A DNA stretch of 61,273 bases from Blastocatellia bacterium (GTDB lineage: Bacteria > Acidobacteriota > Blastocatellia > RBC074): contig JAYTCQ010000402.1 of NCBI GenBank assembly GCA_043736395.1, positions 1-61,273 on the forward strand, given 5' to 3'. Position numbers and translations under genes: made by a program. Of this stretch, positions 28,819-41,956 are shown piece by piece; within the stretch, counting starts at the first letter, position 1; every line of letters starts with the position of its first letter. Under the pieces are notes generated by a model that was not told the DNA's origin, did not search any database, and was given only the letters and a program-made list of their open reading frames with translations.

Positions 28819-29766
28819 ATGTCCCCGGCACCCGAAGAAATTCATTTTCCGGTCATGCTCAACGAAGCGCTTGAGGCGCTTAATGTGACAGCAGGCGGGT
28901 TGTTTGTGGATGCTACGCTGGGAATGGGTGGTCACTCTGAAGCCATCTTGCAGGCATCACCGAAAAATCGGGTGATCGGTTTAGACCGAGATGGAGAGGC
29001 TCTTGAAATTGCTAAAAGCCGATTAGAAAGATTTGGAGAGCGCTTCATTGCCATCCAGTCTGATTATCGCCAGATAAAGAATGTGTTGCTTGAAAACGAG
29101 ATTACAGAAGTCAACGGGATTTTGGCAGATTTAGGCATCTCTTCGTATCAGTTGGATACGCCGGGCCGGGGCTTCAGCTTTCGATTTAGTGAAGATTCTC
29201 CGCTGGATATGAGAATGGATCGCGGAGAAGAAGAGACCGCCGCAGATTTAGTAAATAGTCTTGGCGAGCGAGAACTGGCAGATTTGATTTTTGAATATGG
29301 TGAAGAGCGCGCATCACGAAGAATAGCCCATCGGATAGTTCAGGCCAGAGTCAAAACACCGATTACGACTACGAAGCAATTAGCAGATTTAGTAATTAGT
29401 GCGGTTCACCAAAAAGGTCATTGGAAGATTCACCCGGCGACCAAAACATTTCAGGCATTACGCATAACAGTGAATCGTGAATTGGAAGGAATGGGGGAGT
29501 TCATTGCGGATGCGGTGGATTTACTCGCTAAGGATGGGAGGGTGGTAGTGATTACTTTTCATTCGCTTGAAGACAGGCTCATCAAGCAATCATTGAAATA
29601 TCAATCAGGATATTGTCTCTGCTCCCCTCAATTACCTGATTGTCGCTGTGGCGCCACACGTCGAGTTGAACTTCTCAGTAGTAAGCCCATTCAACCCAAT
29701 GCCAGTGAAGTCGCAGTTAACGCACGTTCTCGGAGTGCGAAGCTTCGAGCAGGTAAAAAGCTGTAA
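28819..29766 (+). CDS. rsmH: 16S rRNA m4C1402 methyltransferase
   Basis: [38 protein letters not shown]. Confidence 0.95.
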   Translation: MSPAPEEIHFPVMLNEALEALNVTAGGLFVDATLGMGGHSEAILQASPKNRVIGLDRDGEALEIAKSRLERFGERFIAIQSDYRQIKNVLLENEITEVNGILADLGISSYQLDTPGRGFSFRFSEDSPLDMRMDRGEEETAADLVNSLGERELADLIFEYGEERASRRIAHRIVQARVKTPITTTKQLADLVISAVHQKGHWKIHPATKTFQALRITVNRELEGMGEFIADAVDLLAKDGRVVVITFHSLEDRLIKQSLKYQSGYCLCSPQLPDCRCGATRRVELLSSKPIQPNASEVAVNARSRSAKLRAGKKL

Positions 29767-29832
29767 ATTTGCTCACCAGTAACTGTAGGCAGCCCCGTTT
29801 TTCTAACAGCCCGAATCGGAGGAATTACAAAC

Positions 29833-30408
29833 ATGACTTATCGTCCACAAATCCAAAATGGTCAGGTCGTTAAACGACCACGTCCTGCTTCATCACATCA
29901 ACACAATAGTTGGACTCAACATTCAGCGGCACAACCAACAACTCGACGTTATCCAACGGCTTCGGCGACCGCGACTATGGCTCCGGTCTGGTCTGGAATT
30001 TCGTTTGGAGAATTGGCGCATAACGGATTGGGCGTCTTGGGACTGGACGAAAAAATTTCTACTACTGAAGTCAAAACACGGGCTGCCGGTAAGACCATGA
30101 CTCGCCTGGGATTAATGGGCGGTTTGATTAGTTGCGGTTTATTAGTTGTGTCTGGCTTTGTTTTTAGCTTGCGAGATCATTTCAAGGCACATGCCATGGG
30201 GCGCGAGGAAGTCGGAATGCGCCGCGCATTAGATCAATCACAAGCCGAGCAGCGCGGGCTGGAGTATGAGTTAGGACAAGCGATCAGCCCACAGGCAATT
30301 GACCAGACAGCACGTCAATACGGCTTAGCTCCGGTTGCGCTTGATCTGAAAAGTAAAGTAATCGTTCCGGCTCAGAGCGATAAAAAAACTGTTCAGGATA
30401 AACACTAA
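29833..30408 (+). CDS. ftsL: FtsL-like cell division protein with a long N-terminal extension
   Basis: Position between rsmH and ftsI; TM followed by a coiled coil ending SP..I...AR.YGL. Confidence 0.65.
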   Translation: MTYRPQIQNGQVVKRPRPASSHQHNSWTQHSAAQPTTRRYPTASATATMAPVWSGISFGELAHNGLGVLGLDEKISTTEVKTRAAGKTMTRLGLMGGLISCGLLVVSGFVFSLRDHFKAHAMGREEVGMRRALDQSQAEQRGLEYELGQAISPQAIDQTARQYGLAPVALDLKSKVIVPAQSDKKTVQDKH

Positions 30409-30441
30409 AACAAACTTGCGAAGATTTAGTTTAAGGCTCCG

Positions 30442-32595
30442 ATGGCATCCAAGCGAAAAAAGAAAAACAAACTGACAGGTGGACACGGCTTAATTGCGTG
30501 CTTACTGATTGCGTGGATGGGAGTCATTATCTGGCGGCTGGCATATCTGCAAATCATGCAGCCGCAGAATTACGTGAATACGTCAGTCGCTCAACGTGAG
30601 AAGACTGAAAGAATTGAGGCTTTTCGCGGTGAGATTGTTGACCGTAATGGAGCTGTCCTGGCGAACAGTACAGATACAGATTCTGTTTTAGCTGACCTTT
30701 ATCAAGTCAAAGAAGACACACAGGCGCAGATCATCAAGACACTGGCACCAATCTTAAATACCAGTGAAAACGATCTCCGGCGCAAATTTAATTCTGGTAG
30801 CAAGGCTCCTGTGCTGGCCAGACAGGTTGATGTTCAGGTTTCACAAAATATTCGAACTTCGATGGAGGAGGCAAAACTTTCCGGTATCAAAGTGATCCGG
30901 GAAACACAGCGTCGCTATCCGAATGGAACTTTGGCCTCGCATATTTTAGGTTTTGTAAACGGAGAAGAGAAAGGCGTAGGTGGCCTGGAATTACAGTTAG
31001 ATAAGCGTTTAAAAGGGCAGGATGGTCAAACGACATACGAAAAAGATGCGGTCGGAAAACCATTTGCCAGAGCTGAAAAAGATGCGTTAGCTGGAGCGCG
31101 TGTCATCACGACCATTGATACCGCATTGCAGAGTCAGGTTGAATTTGCGATAGCACAGGCATTGGATGAAACCAAAGCCGACAGCATCAGTGCCATTGTG
31201 ATGGATCCGAAAACCGGCGAGATTCTGGCCATGGCGAATGCGCCGACATTTGATCCGTCAGCTCGCTGGAGCGGGACTGATCAGGAAGCCCTGCGCCGCA
31301 ACCGTGCGATTTCCGATATTTACGAACCTGGCTCAGTTTTCAAAATCGTTGGATATTCAGCTGCAATCGAAGAAGGATTAGTTAGCCCTGAAGAGAAAAT
31401 ACGTTGTAATGGCTCCGTCACAATTGGGAATCGAGTCATCAAAGATGAGCATTGCCACGGTGAATTGACGTTATCACAAGCTTTGGCGAAATCCTCAAAT
31501 ACGGGCGCGATCTATGTAGCCAGAAAAGTTGGCGATGAAAAGATGGCAGAGTATATTTCGCGGTTTGGCTTCGGTCATCGGACAGGAATTGATTTACCGG
31601 CGGAAGCAGTTGGATTAGTTCGTCCGCTTGAAAAATGGCAGGCAACTTCGATTGGTTCAATTGCGATTGGCCACGAAGTTGGAATTACCGCTTTGCAGGC
31701 TGTTTCCGCCATGGCGGCGATTGGCAATGGTGGTGAATGGGTCAAGCCTCACGTGATTAAACGCATCGTCACAGGTGATGCCGGGGAGCGTCTTCTATGG
31801 GAATCGGAACGACAGGCGCGGCGCGTGATCAGTCAACAAACAGCGAGTGCAATTACTTCAATGCTGGAAGGCGTAGTCGAAAGCGGAACAGCAAGTCATG
31901 CCGTTCAACTGGGCGGATATACAGCAGCAGGTAAGACCGGAACTGCCCAGAAAATCATTGGTGGCAGATATTCAGATACAGCGTATGTGGCTTCGTTTGC
32001 CGGGTTCGTACCTGCTGTCAATCCACGCTTTGCAATTATTGTTACGATTGATAATCCGAAAGGCGCGCATCAGGGCGGACAAGTCGCAGCACCAATTTTT
32101 AGTCGTATCGCGCAGTCGGCATTAGTTGGATATGATGTCTTACCAGATAACGAGAAGGCTAAGCAGGGAATTACTGAACTGGAAAGACGTTACAAAGAAA
32201 AACCAGGCGATTGGAATTGGCAACCTGAGGCAACTCCGGCGGCAACTCCGAAAGCGACTAAGGCATTTGTGGCGGCAATTCCAAGTCCAACGATCAAGCC
32301 CAGTGTGAAGCCAAGCGCTTCGCCTGCCCCGTCTGTCAAACTTAAGGCAACACCGCTGCCAGTCCTGAAATTGCCGACTCCGGCGCCTGCGAAGCCCGTT
32401 GTGACAGTGAAAAATGTGCCGGACAAACCAAAGCCGCAACCAGTGCTGAATAGCGGCCCAAATGTAATTGGGCGAGGCCTGCGAGAGGTCGCGAGTATGT
32501 GCAGTCAAGCGGGATTAAAATTACGCGCCATTGGTTCAGGGACTGCGCGTAGTCAGCATCGTCAAGGCGACACATTAGTAGTTGAATTTAAATAA
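30442..32595 (+). CDS. ftsI: Class B PBP (PBP3/FtsI) with Pro-rich linker and PASTA-like C-terminus
   Basis: [29 protein letters not shown]. Confidence 0.92.
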   Translation: MASKRKKKNKLTGGHGLIACLLIAWMGVIIWRLAYLQIMQPQNYVNTSVAQREKTERIEAFRGEIVDRNGAVLANSTDTDSVLADLYQVKEDTQAQIIKTLAPILNTSENDLRRKFNSGSKAPVLARQVDVQVSQNIRTSMEEAKLSGIKVIRETQRRYPNGTLASHILGFVNGEEKGVGGLELQLDKRLKGQDGQTTYEKDAVGKPFARAEKDALAGARVITTIDTALQSQVEFAIAQALDETKADSISAIVMDPKTGEILAMANAPTFDPSARWSGTDQEALRRNRAISDIYEPGSVFKIVGYSAAIEEGLVSPEEKIRCNGSVTIGNRVIKDEHCHGELTLSQALAKSSNTGAIYVARKVGDEKMAEYISRFGFGHRTGIDLPAEAVGLVRPLEKWQATSIGSIAIGHEVGITALQAVSAMAAIGNGGEWVKPHVIKRIVTGDAGERLLWESERQARRVISQQTASAITSMLEGVVESGTASHAVQLGGYTAAGKTGTAQKIIGGRYSDTAYVASFAGFVPAVNPRFAIIVTIDNPKGAHQGGQVAAPIFSRIAQSALVGYDVLPDNEKAKQGITELERRYKEKPGDWNWQPEATPAATPKATKAFVAAIPSPTIKPSVKPSASPAPSVKLKATPLPVLKLPTPAPAKPVVTVKNVPDKPKPQPVLNSGPNVIGRGLREVASMCSQAGLKLRAIGSGTARSQHRQGDTLVVEFK

Positions 32596-32684
32596 GAGTC
32601 AGTTTCGGGTTTTACGTTTCGAGGTGCTGGCTCACAAATTATCTGTTGAAAACGAGTTATGTTTTCTTCTCGAAACGCAAGACT

Positions 32685-34163
32685 ATGATTTTACTGAGTG
32701 ACATCGCGCGAGAATTGAACGCGCAGGTTAGCGGCGAGGGATTTGAAAAAGAAATCGTCCCCGCCAGCTCCGTTGTCACTCACGATTCGCGCCGCGTTAT
32801 GCCGGGGGGCATCTTCGTAGCTATTAAGGGCGCAACAGCCGATGGAAACACTTTTATCGGTCCTGCTACGGTACGCGGCGCGTTAGCTATTATCTCGGAA
32901 AATCCACGTCCCGAGAATTATTCCGGAGTGTGGTTACAAGTGGCAGATGCTCGGTCTTCACTTGCGCACGCTGCCGCAATTGCACACGGACATCCTTCCC
33001 GTTCCTTGAAATTAATTGGCCTGACAGGCACGAACGGCAAAACGACTACGGCGCATTTATGCGAATCCATGTTTAGAGCTGCCGGAGCTATCCCCGCGAT
33101 GATGGGAACCATTAGTTATCGCATCGGTGATACAGAAGTTATTGCGGAACATACGACACCTGAAGCATCTGAAATTCAGGATTTTTTGCGTCGCGCGGTA
33201 CTTGCCAAAGTGGAGTATGCAGTGATGGAGGTTTCATCCATCGCATTGGAAATGCAGCGAGTTGCTTATCTGGATTTTGCCGTCGCCGCATTTACGAATC
33301 TTACGCAAGACCATCTTGATTACCACGGCACGATGGAGGCGTATGGAGCTGCCAAGCGAAAATTATTTGAAATTACCAAAGGCTACGCGGTCATCAATGC
33401 GGATGACGCATATAGCGCTGAGCTGCGAAAGGCAACACGCGCAAAGGTGTTGAGTTATGCGATTGATAAAAATGCTGATATTACCCCCGACAAAAATGAT
33501 TTTAGCTCTGATGGGCTGTCTTTCACGGCTCGCACTCCTCTCGGTGAAATCGAAATTCGCTCAAGCCTGGTCGGGCGTCCGCATGCTTATAACATTCTTT
33601 GCACGATTGGGATCGGGATTGCGCTTGGATTCAATGCCGAAATCATTGCACGCGGGATTAGCGCCAGCAAAGGCGCAGCAGGTCGGTTCGAGACGATAAC
33701 AGATGGTGCAAGCGACCTTACTGTAGTCGTTGATTATGCCCATACGCCGGATGCTTTGCTCAATGTTTTGAAGACGGCTCGTGATGCTGCCAAATCAAAA
33801 AACGGACGGGTCATCACAGTGTTTGGATGCGGCGGAGATCGTGACAAAACTAAGCGTCCATTGATGGGACAGGCTGCTGCCGAATTGAGCGATGTTGTCA
33901 TCACCACTTCTGATAATCCGCGGAGTGAAGACCCAGAACAAATTCTTCGAGACATCGAAGTTGGATTAAAATCAGCAGGAGGAAATTATCAATTAGTGAC
34001 TGATCGGCGGGAAGCAATTTTTACCGCCATTACTGAAGCACAACCGAATGACGTTGTGATTATTGCTGGCAAAGGACACGAAGATTATCAAATTTTAGCA
34101 ACTGGAAAAATTCATTTTGATGATCGTGAAGTTGCGAAAGAAGCCTTGCAGCAAAGAACTTAA
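32685..34163 (+). CDS. murE: UDP-MurNAc-tripeptide synthetase (meso-DAP type)
   Basis: GTNGKTT, DHLDYH, DYAHTPD, DNPR specificity motif, AGKGHE. Confidence 0.95.
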   Translation: MILLSDIARELNAQVSGEGFEKEIVPASSVVTHDSRRVMPGGIFVAIKGATADGNTFIGPATVRGALAIISENPRPENYSGVWLQVADARSSLAHAAAIAHGHPSRSLKLIGLTGTNGKTTTAHLCESMFRAAGAIPAMMGTISYRIGDTEVIAEHTTPEASEIQDFLRRAVLAKVEYAVMEVSSIALEMQRVAYLDFAVAAFTNLTQDHLDYHGTMEAYGAAKRKLFEITKGYAVINADDAYSAELRKATRAKVLSYAIDKNADITPDKNDFSSDGLSFTARTPLGEIEIRSSLVGRPHAYNILCTIGIGIALGFNAEIIARGISASKGAAGRFETITDGASDLTVVVDYAHTPDALLNVLKTARDAAKSKNGRVITVFGCGGDRDKTKRPLMGQAAAELSDVVITTSDNPRSEDPEQILRDIEVGLKSAGGNYQLVTDRREAIFTAITEAQPNDVVIIAGKGHEDYQILATGKIHFDDREVAKEALQQRT

Positions 34164-35602
34164 TGAAGCTATCCGAAATCGCAAATCTCTGTGGAGCTAC
34201 GCATCGTTTGCAGCAGACGAGAGCGGAAGCCGTGCCCGCAGGCTTTGCGATTGATTCGCGTGCCGTTAAAAGCGGAGAAATTTTTGTCGCACTTCCAGGC
34301 GAACGCGTTGATGGTCACAAATACGTACAGGAAGTTTTAGACAAAGGCGCATTGGCCGCATTGGTTGTACATCATCGTCTGCCATTCTCAAAAAATCTGG
34401 CGCCCTATAAAGATCGTTTGTTGTTTGTCACGGACACCGCTTTTGCCTTTCAGCAAATGGCACAAAAAGTTTTGGCTGCGTGGAATAAACCTATCGTCGC
34501 TGTGACCGCCAGCGCGGGCAAAACTACGATTAAGGATTTGGCTGCGCATGTGCTGGAGGCTGTGAGTCCAAATATTTTCAAATCACTTGGCAATCTCAAC
34601 ACGAGTTATGGACTTCCGCTCACCGTCGGCAGAATGATTTCGGCAAGCGCAGTACCTGATAATTCTGATCTCGCAGTTTTTGAATTCGGCATGAGTTCAT
34701 ACGGCGAAATCAGACGCTTAACAGAAATCGCTTCGCCGACCGTTGCGGTAGTGGGTAATGTTGGCACGGCGCATATTGAATTCTTTGGCAGCAGCGAAGG
34801 TATCTCCGAAGCCAAAGCCGAAATTATCGATGGTCTGAAACCGGGCGGCACCGCGATTCTAAATCTTGACGATCCATTAGTAGCGGCGATGAGAAATCGT
34901 CGAACGGATATTTCATACGTCACATTCGGAATCGAAAGTAAGGCTCAGATTCGGGCTGAAAAAATTAATAACGACGAACTTGGCGCTACAAGCTTTGAAT
35001 TAATTATTCCCAGCGGAAGAGCTTCCGTGATTTCTCCGTTGCTTGGCACGCACAATGTTTACAACGCGCTAGCGGCAGCGGCTGTCGGGTATCATTTTGG
35101 CTTGAGCGCTAATCAAATTGCGGCGCAATTAAAAACGTCTGCGCCTTCCAAAATGCGCGGCGAACTGATCAAATTAGCGAACGGCGTAACTGTGATTGAT
35201 GACTCATACAATTCAAATCCACCGGCTTTGATTCAGGCGGTGCAGGCGATGGCGAATGCCAAGGGCTTCGCACGTCGGATTGTTGTGGCCGGTGAAATGT
35301 TGGAGCTCGGCGAACAGGGTGTAGAAATGCATCGAAATTGTGGTCGTGAAATTGCCGCTGCCGGTATTGATCGCGTAATTGGAGTTCGTGGTTTAGCTAG
35401 TGAATTGGTGGATGGAGCGCAACAGGCAGGACTCGCGCAGGCAACTTTTTGTGAGACGCCCGATGCCGCGGCAGAAGTTCTGCTGGCTGAATTACAATCC
35501 GGCGATTTGGTATTAATAAAAGGTTCGCGTGGAGTCCGCACAGAGCGTGTGGTGGAAAGATTAAAAGCTGATCTGGGAGGGGGAAAACCGAGCGAATTTT
35601 AA
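34163..35602 (+). CDS. murF: UDP-MurNAc-pentapeptide synthetase
   Basis: TASAGKTT, GNLN, DDSYNSNP, MLELG, KGSRG. Confidence 0.95.
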   Translation: MKLSEIANLCGATHRLQQTRAEAVPAGFAIDSRAVKSGEIFVALPGERVDGHKYVQEVLDKGALAALVVHHRLPFSKNLAPYKDRLLFVTDTAFAFQQMAQKVLAAWNKPIVAVTASAGKTTIKDLAAHVLEAVSPNIFKSLGNLNTSYGLPLTVGRMISASAVPDNSDLAVFEFGMSSYGEIRRLTEIASPTVAVVGNVGTAHIEFFGSSEGISEAKAEIIDGLKPGGTAILNLDDPLVAAMRNRRTDISYVTFGIESKAQIRAEKINNDELGATSFELIIPSGRASVISPLLGTHNVYNALAAAAVGYHFGLSANQIAAQLKTSAPSKMRGELIKLANGVTVIDDSYNSNPPALIQAVQAMANAKGFARRIVVAGEMLELGEQGVEMHRNCGREIAAAGIDRVIGVRGLASELVDGAQQAGLAQATFCETPDAAAEVLLAELQSGDLVLIKGSRGVRTERVVERLKADLGGGKPSEF

Positions 35603-35626
35603 ATTTGAAATTCCTCGCTTCGCATA

Positions 35627-36748
35627 ATGTTTTATCATCTGTTTTACAAATTACTGTTCGAGCAATATTCACAGGTTTATCCATTCCTGAAGGCTTTTAA
35701 TGTTTTCAAATATGTAACGTTTCGCACGGCGTATGCGACGGTCACCGCACTGCTGATTAGTTTAGTGCTAGGTCCAATGATGATTCGCAAGTTGCGCGAA
35801 TTTAAATTTGGGCAGGAAATTCGAGAAGACGGCCCGGCGCATCATCAAATGAAAAAAGGTACGCCGACAATGGGCGGAATCATGATTATTGGCTCAGTCT
35901 TGGTTTCTGCTTTGTTGTGGGCAGACTTACGGAATAGTTATTTGTGGGTAGTTTTGGTTGGCACGTTAGGATTTTCGCTGGTTGGATTTTTGGATGATTA
36001 TCTGAAAATTAAAAACAAACGAAGCCTCGGCTTAACCGGCAAGCAGAAATTGTTAGGGCAATTTACGACAGCTTTAATTGTTGGTCTGATGTTGAAATAC
36101 ATGACCAACTATAGCTGGGTTTTGAGCGTACCCTTCTTCAAGGAATTTCAGCCGGTTTTACCGTTTGTGGTGTATCTCGGCTTGATCATGCTCTTCACTG
36201 TATTTTGTTCCAACGCTGTGAATTTAACGGATGGATTAGATGGATTAGCCATTAGCGTGACCGTAGTTGCGGCGTCTGCGATGACGGGTTTGGTATATGT
36301 TTCAGGCCACGCGAAATTTGCGGAATATCTTGATCTGGTGCGAACAAGTTCAGTGACGGGAGATTCTCCAATTGCTGAATTAACAGTTTTTGGCGGAGCG
36401 CTGGTTGGAGCCAGTCTGGGATTTCTTTGGTTCAATGCTCCACCCGCAGAAGTTTTCATGGGCGATGTCGGATCGCTCGGCATCGGAGGCGCGCTCGCAA
36501 CGATCGCCGTCATTATCAAGCAGGAAGTCGTGCTCGGAATGATTGGCGGAGTGTTCGTTATCGAAGCCTTGTCCGTAATGATTCAGGTGGCTTCGTTTAA
36601 GCTCACGGGCAAGCGCGTTTTTAAAATGTCTCCGCTGCATCATCACTTTGAATTATCAGGCTGGAAAGAACCAAAAATTGTTTTTCGCTTTTTGATTGCG
36701 GCTTTGTTATGCGCATTTTTAGGGCTTTCGACTTTGAAGTTGAGGTAG
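35627..36748 (+). CDS. mraY: Phospho-MurNAc-pentapeptide transferase
   Basis: [33 protein letters not shown]. Confidence 0.97.
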   Translation: MFYHLFYKLLFEQYSQVYPFLKAFNVFKYVTFRTAYATVTALLISLVLGPMMIRKLREFKFGQEIREDGPAHHQMKKGTPTMGGIMIIGSVLVSALLWADLRNSYLWVVLVGTLGFSLVGFLDDYLKIKNKRSLGLTGKQKLLGQFTTALIVGLMLKYMTNYSWVLSVPFFKEFQPVLPFVVYLGLIMLFTVFCSNAVNLTDGLDGLAISVTVVAASAMTGLVYVSGHAKFAEYLDLVRTSSVTGDSPIAELTVFGGALVGASLGFLWFNAPPAEVFMGDVGSLGIGGALATIAVIIKQEVVLGMIGGVFVIEALSVMIQVASFKLTGKRVFKMSPLHHHFELSGWKEPKIVFRFLIAALLCAFLGLSTLKLR

Positions 36749-36787
36749 GGACAGTACCATCTGAGGTAGCGGATGGTTTTTAATTAG

Positions 36788-38146
36788 ATGAATATTGAAG
36801 GCAAAAAAATTCTGGTAGTTGGATTGGGAAAAAGCGGGATTGCCGCCGCCGAATTTTTAACTTCGCGCGGTGCGATTGTGACTGCGAATGATGCCCAGCC
36901 CGCTGAAAAAATTGCAGCAGTAGTTAATCAGCTCATCGAAAAAAATATTGAAGTTGTAGCGGGGTCGCATCCGCTATCGTTATTTGAAAACTCGGATTTA
37001 ATTGTAGCGAGTCCCGGTGTGCCGTTAGCACTGGAATGTTTTCAAAAGGCCAAAGCCGCGGGCGTTCCCGTCATCAGTGAAATTGAATTGGCCGCACATT
37101 TTTTGCGCGGGCGCTTGATTGGAATTACCGGATCGAATGGAAAAACTACCACTACGACTTTGATCGCAGAGGTGTTGCGGAATGCCGGATATAAAACGCA
37201 GGTCGGCGGCAACATTGGCATTCCCCTGATTTCATTGGTTGAAACCTCTTGTGAGGATGGATTGACAGTGATTGAACTTAGCAGTTTTCAATTGGAAGCA
37301 GTTGAGTCGCTCCATCTTTTTGCAGCAGTGATGCTGAACATCACGCCGGATCATTTGGATCGTTATGATTCGATGAATGATTACGCTGGAGCGAAGGCGA
37401 ACATTTTTCGCAATCAAACCTCTCAGGATTTAGCAGTGCTCAGTGCCGATGATAAACTGGTCGCAGTCATGAGTACTGCCGCGCATAAAGTTTTTTTTAG
37501 CTGTCAGCGCGAATTGGAAGAAGGAATTTTTCTGCGCGGAAATGAAGTGATCTGCCGCGCTACAGGCTTCGAAAAAGTGTTGATCACTCGCGATGAAATT
37601 GGTATTCGCGGCGCGCACAATTTAGAAAATGTCATGGCGACACTGGCAATTGGTTTAGCCTGCGGAGTCGAGCCGGATTCAATGCACAAAACTATTAGCG
37701 AATTCAAGGGTGTCGAGCATCGCCTGGAATTTGTAGCTGAAATTGACGGGGTGAAATTTTATAACGACTCAAAAGCTACCAATGTAGATTCGACGATCAA
37801 GGCTCTCGAGGCTTTTGAGAGTGGAGTCATTATTATTTTGGGCGGCAAAGATAAAGGCAGCGATTACGCACCGCTTGCTCCACTCGTTCGAGAGCATTGC
37901 GAACAGATAATTTTGATTGGATCAGCAACTGAGAAAATTGCTGCCGCGCTTGAAAATACGAAACCGCTGCATCGCGCTGCGACGATGCAGGATGCGGTGA
38001 AGTTAGGTAAAGAACTGGCGCGGACAGGAGACACGGTTTTGTTAGCTCCAGCGTGCGCAAGCTTTGATATGTTTGATAATTACGAGCATCGCGGAAGGGT
38101 TTTTAAGGAATCAGTTTTAGCTGAAGATGCAGAAGCGGGTAACTAA
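36788..38146 (+). CDS. murD: UDP-MurNAc-L-Ala:D-Glu ligase
   Basis: [34 protein letters not shown]. Confidence 0.97.
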   Translation: MNIEGKKILVVGLGKSGIAAAEFLTSRGAIVTANDAQPAEKIAAVVNQLIEKNIEVVAGSHPLSLFENSDLIVASPGVPLALECFQKAKAAGVPVISEIELAAHFLRGRLIGITGSNGKTTTTTLIAEVLRNAGYKTQVGGNIGIPLISLVETSCEDGLTVIELSSFQLEAVESLHLFAAVMLNITPDHLDRYDSMNDYAGAKANIFRNQTSQDLAVLSADDKLVAVMSTAAHKVFFSCQRELEEGIFLRGNEVICRATGFEKVLITRDEIGIRGAHNLENVMATLAIGLACGVEPDSMHKTISEFKGVEHRLEFVAEIDGVKFYNDSKATNVDSTIKALEAFESGVIIILGGKDKGSDYAPLAPLVREHCEQIILIGSATEKIAAALENTKPLHRAATMQDAVKLGKELARTGDTVLLAPACASFDMFDNYEHRGRVFKESVLAEDAEAGN

Positions 38147-38166
38147 CAGTTCACCGTACATAGATT

Positions 38167-39306
38167 ATGGCAAAAGCAACAACGACAAATAGTTTTTTCA
38201 ATGCTATCGAAGACGCCCAGTGGGATGTGTTGATGGCGTGCGCGGCGATTGGTTTGGCGCTGTTTGGGATCGTGATGGTTTACAGCGCGTCTGGTGTCAT
38301 TGGGCAGGAAAAATTTAATAATTCATTTTATTTTGTTTCGCGTCAGGTTGTTTGGGCTGTGCTTGGTCTGATCGCCTTGTTAGTTCTCATGCGAATTGAT
38401 TATCAGCGTTATGCCAGTCCGACGTTAATTTTATTGATGCTGGCGGTCAGCGCATTTTTGTTGATAGCAGTCTTCTTTTTTAGCGCGCGTAATGGAGCGC
38501 ATCGTTGGATTTCATTTGGAAAATTCTCGGCGCAACCTTCAGAGCTGGCCAAGATAACATTTATTTTCTTCATGGCTTATTTTCTGACCCGTCGAAACGA
38601 AGATGGCGAAGAAACATCTTTTCAGTCTACGTTTTTGCCTGCCGGGATGGTGACAGCTGTTTTTGCATTTTTAATTTTACGCGAGCCTGATCTTGGTACG
38701 ACGTTGATGATTGGCGTTATTTTTGTCGCGATGATGGTGGCAGGACGCGTTCCCTGGTTTCATTTTTTAACTTTAGTTCCGGTTGCTCTGATAGGCTTTT
38801 GGTGGCTGATTCTAAGGACTCCGTGGCGAGCTGGACGCTTGACCGCATTTCTTGATCCATCTTCAGATCCGCGCGGTAAAGGTTATCAAATTTTGCAATC
38901 GCTTTATGCCGTTGCTTCGGGTGGAGTGTCAGGAACAGGCTTAGGAAGCGGCAAGCAAAAACTTTATTACCTGCCGGAACCACACTCCGATTTTATTTTT
39001 GCAGTGATAGGTGAAGAGTTGGGTTTTATCGGAACCTTGATCGTAGTTTTAGTTTTTGGATTGTTGATGTGGCGTTGCCTGAAGGCAAGCTTTAATGCCC
39101 CTGATCGTTTTGGGCAATTGCTTGGAATTGGCTTGACTACGATGTTGATCGCGCAGGCATTTTTCAATATGAGTGTGGTGCTGAGCTTAGTTCCGACGAA
39201 AGGAATTCCACTGCCATTTGTGAGCGCGGGCGGATCATCATTGTTATTTGCTTTAGCAGCGATAGGAATTCTGCTGAATATTTCTGAGCAGGCGAGAGAA
39301 AATTAA
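38167..39306 (+). CDS. ftsW: SEDS protein FtsW
   Basis: [37 protein letters not shown]. Confidence 0.95.
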   Translation: MAKATTTNSFFNAIEDAQWDVLMACAAIGLALFGIVMVYSASGVIGQEKFNNSFYFVSRQVVWAVLGLIALLVLMRIDYQRYASPTLILLMLAVSAFLLIAVFFFSARNGAHRWISFGKFSAQPSELAKITFIFFMAYFLTRRNEDGEETSFQSTFLPAGMVTAVFAFLILREPDLGTTLMIGVIFVAMMVAGRVPWFHFLTLVPVALIGFWWLILRTPWRAGRLTAFLDPSSDPRGKGYQILQSLYAVASGGVSGTGLGSGKQKLYYLPEPHSDFIFAVIGEELGFIGTLIVVLVFGLLMWRCLKASFNAPDRFGQLLGIGLTTMLIAQAFFNMSVVLSLVPTKGIPLPFVSAGGSSLLFALAAIGILLNISEQAREN

Positions 39307-39436
39307 TTGCGGATTGCGGATTGTTGATTGCGGAGAAAAGGAACAAAGTATCACACAGATTTCGGTTGAGAATATGACTTCGCAAATGGACAGCTCGAAA
39401 CTAAATAATCCGCACTCCGCACTCCGCAATCCGCAC
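39307..39436. repeat. Heptamer inverted repeat (TTGCGGA)n / (TCCGCAC)n overlapping the murG 5' end
   Basis: TTGCGGA-TTGCGGA-TTGTTGA-TTGCGGA at 39307-39334 and AATCCGCACTCCGCACTCCGCAATCCGCAC at 39407-39436. Confidence 0.85.
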
Positions 39437-40507
39437 TCTCTCTCTTCCGTCATTATCGCGGGCGGCGGTACGGGCGGACATATTTATCCGGGGATTGCTA
39501 TCGCACAGGAATTCAAACGGCGCAACGAGAATTGCAAAATTGTTTTTGTTGGAACGGCGCGGGGCTTGGAAAATAAAATTGTTCCGCGTGAAGGTTTTGC
39601 TTTGGATTTAATTGCAGTGACAGCATTAAAAGGAGTCACGATTAGCAAGCGTACAAAATCATTATTGATGCTCCCGAAAAGTTTTTTTGCGGTTCGCTCT
39701 TTGATAAAAAAACATCGGCCTGAAGTCGTCATCGGAGTCGGCGGTTATGCTTCGGGACCAATGGTATTAATCGCTTCCTTAATGGGCGTGCCGACTATGA
39801 TTGCGGAACAAAACGCGCACCCGGGATTTACGAATCGAACGTTATCCCGCTTCGTAAAAGCTGCCGCCGTTTCATTTAGTGAGGCAAAAGCTTTCTTTGG
39901 AAAAAAAGCTGAAATCACCGGTAATCCTGTTCGCGCTGAATTTTTCGCAATCGCGCCCAGACCAAACAGCGAGACTACAAACATTGTGATTACAGGCGGG
40001 AGTCAGGGCGCACGCGCAATCAACAATGCAATGGTTGAAGCGTTACCATTACTCGAAGTCCAGAAAGAAAAAATTTCAATCGTTCATCAGACGGGAGAAT
40101 TAGATTTCGAGAGAATAAAGGCTGCCTACGATCAATCGCCAATGAGAGCGGAAGTGAAACCGTTCATTGAAAAAATTGTCGATGAGTTTGCGAACGCTGA
40201 TTTAGTTATCTCACGCGCCGGAGCGACGACGGTGGCAGAACTTGCCGCCGCTGGGAGGCCAGCTTTGATGATCCCGTTTCCATTGGCTGCGGATGACCAT
40301 CAACGAAAAAATGCGGAAGCTGTAGTGCGAGCCGGAGCGGGAAAGATGATTTTACAATCCGAATTAAGCGGCGAGCGTTTAGCGAAAGAATTATTGGCAC
40401 TGATCACCGATACGGAAAAATTAGCTGCAATGAGTGCAGCGAGCAAAAAATTAGCACACCCGGACGCAGCGGCAAAGGTTGTGAATATCGCAGAAAGGAT
40501 TATTTGA
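39374..40507 (+). CDS. murG: Lipid II GlcNAc transferase
   Basis: [34 protein letters not shown]; start uncertain (39374 or 39386). Confidence 0.95.
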   Translation: MTSQMDSSKLNNPHSALRNPHSLSSVIIAGGGTGGHIYPGIAIAQEFKRRNENCKIVFVGTARGLENKIVPREGFALDLIAVTALKGVTISKRTKSLLMLPKSFFAVRSLIKKHRPEVVIGVGGYASGPMVLIASLMGVPTMIAEQNAHPGFTNRTLSRFVKAAAVSFSEAKAFFGKKAEITGNPVRAEFFAIAPRPNSETTNIVITGGSQGARAINNAMVEALPLLEVQKEKISIVHQTGELDFERIKAAYDQSPMRAEVKPFIEKIVDEFANADLVISRAGATTVAELAAAGRPALMIPFPLAADDHQRKNAEAVVRAGAGKMILQSELSGERLAKELLALITDTEKLAAMSAASKKLAHPDAAAKVVNIAERII

Positions 40508-40581
40508 GGGATACATTTTGAGGAAGGCGAATTTATCTGTTTTCCCCGACACCTAACACCCGAAACCGGACACCTAATTCT

Positions 40582-41949
40582 ATGTTTTCTAAATTTCAGC
40601 ACATTCATTTTGTAGGCATTGGCGGCATCGGCATGAGCGGAATAGCTGAAGTTCTGCTCAATCTCGGCTATCGGGTTTCCGGCTCTGATGTCAGACGAAC
40701 AGCAGTTACAGATCGCTTGGAAAAATTAGGTGGAACCGTTCACGAAGGCCACGCCGCCAGCAATATTGAAGGCGCTCATGTGCTTGTCACTTCAACGGCA
40801 GTGCGTTCTGATAATCCTGAAGTCATTGAAGCTGTTCGCAAGCAAATTCCTGTTATTCCACGGGCCGAAATGCTGGCGGAATTGATGCGCTTGAAGTATG
40901 GAATTGCCATTGCAGGTTCGCACGGAAAAACGACGACAACTTCGATGACGGCATACGTGCTGACACAGGGCGGACTTGATCCAACAGTTGTAGTGGGCGG
41001 CAGGCTTAATGCGTGGGGAAGCAATGCCAAGCTCGGCAAAGGTGATTTTATTCTGGTCGAAGCCGATGAAAGTGATAAGAGTTTTTTGAAGCTTTCGCCA
41101 ACCATTGCGGTCGTGACAAACATTGATCGTGAGCATCTGGATTTTTATAAAGACCTCGACGAAATCAAATCGCACTTTGTGCAATTTGTGAATAAAGTTC
41201 CGTTTTATGGAGCAGTGATTATTTGTCTGGATGATCCCAATGTGCAGGCGATTATTCCGCTGATTACGCGACGGATTATTAGTTATGGCATGACGGCGCA
41301 GGCGGATATTTCAGCTTCGCAAATTGAAGTGATGCACGACAAATTCGGCTCGGCTTTCAATATCCGTTATCGCGGTCAGGATTTGGGACGGGTGCGATTG
41401 AATGTGCCGGGCATGCACAATGTTAGCAATGCGATGGCAGCAATTGCGATTGGACTGGATTTAGAACTTTCGTTCGAGGTAATAGCTTCGGCGTTAGAAG
41501 CATTTCGCGGCGCAGATCGGCGCTTTCAGATTAAAGGTGAACGGGCTGACAATATTTTGGTGGTAGACGATTATGGACATCATCCGACGGAAATTAGAGC
41601 AACTTTGGCGGCGGCAAAATCAAGTGGCAGGCGTCTCGTCACGCTCTTCCAACCGCACCGCTACACGCGGACTGCGGCCTTACGCGAAGAATTTGCGCGA
41701 AGTTTCTATGATGCAGACGTGGTGCTGCTGACAGATATTTATGCAGCGAGCGAAGAGCCGATTGAAGGGATTACAGCGCAGGCTCTGGCAGAAGATATTG
41801 AGCGGTTCGGTCATCGCAACGTGCATTATATCGGTGCCATCGAAGAAGGCGCGAAGGCGATTGCCGCCGTTGTTCAGCCGGGAGATTTAGTCTTGACACT
41901 GGGCGCCGGCAGTATTTGGAAGGTCAGCGACGAGTTTCTGGCAGGATAA
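40582..41949 (+). CDS. murC: UDP-MurNAc:L-Ala ligase
   Basis: [40 protein letters not shown]. Confidence 0.97.
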   Translation: MFSKFQHIHFVGIGGIGMSGIAEVLLNLGYRVSGSDVRRTAVTDRLEKLGGTVHEGHAASNIEGAHVLVTSTAVRSDNPEVIEAVRKQIPVIPRAEMLAELMRLKYGIAIAGSHGKTTTTSMTAYVLTQGGLDPTVVVGGRLNAWGSNAKLGKGDFILVEADESDKSFLKLSPTIAVVTNIDREHLDFYKDLDEIKSHFVQFVNKVPFYGAVIICLDDPNVQAIIPLITRRIISYGMTAQADISASQIEVMHDKFGSAFNIRYRGQDLGRVRLNVPGMHNVSNAMAAIAIGLDLELSFEVIASALEAFRGADRRFQIKGERADNILVVDDYGHHPTEIRATLAAAKSSGRRLVTLFQPHRYTRTAALREEFARSFYDADVVLLTDIYAASEEPIEGITAQALAEDIERFGHRNVHYIGAIEEGAKAIAAVVQPGDLVLTLGAGSIWKVSDEFLAG

Positions 41950-41956
41950 AATTTTT

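Noticed and set aside
36750-36778. Short hairpin ACCATCTG...CGGATGGT between mraY and murD
   Set aside because: Single copy in the window; may be another REP family but cannot be supported here
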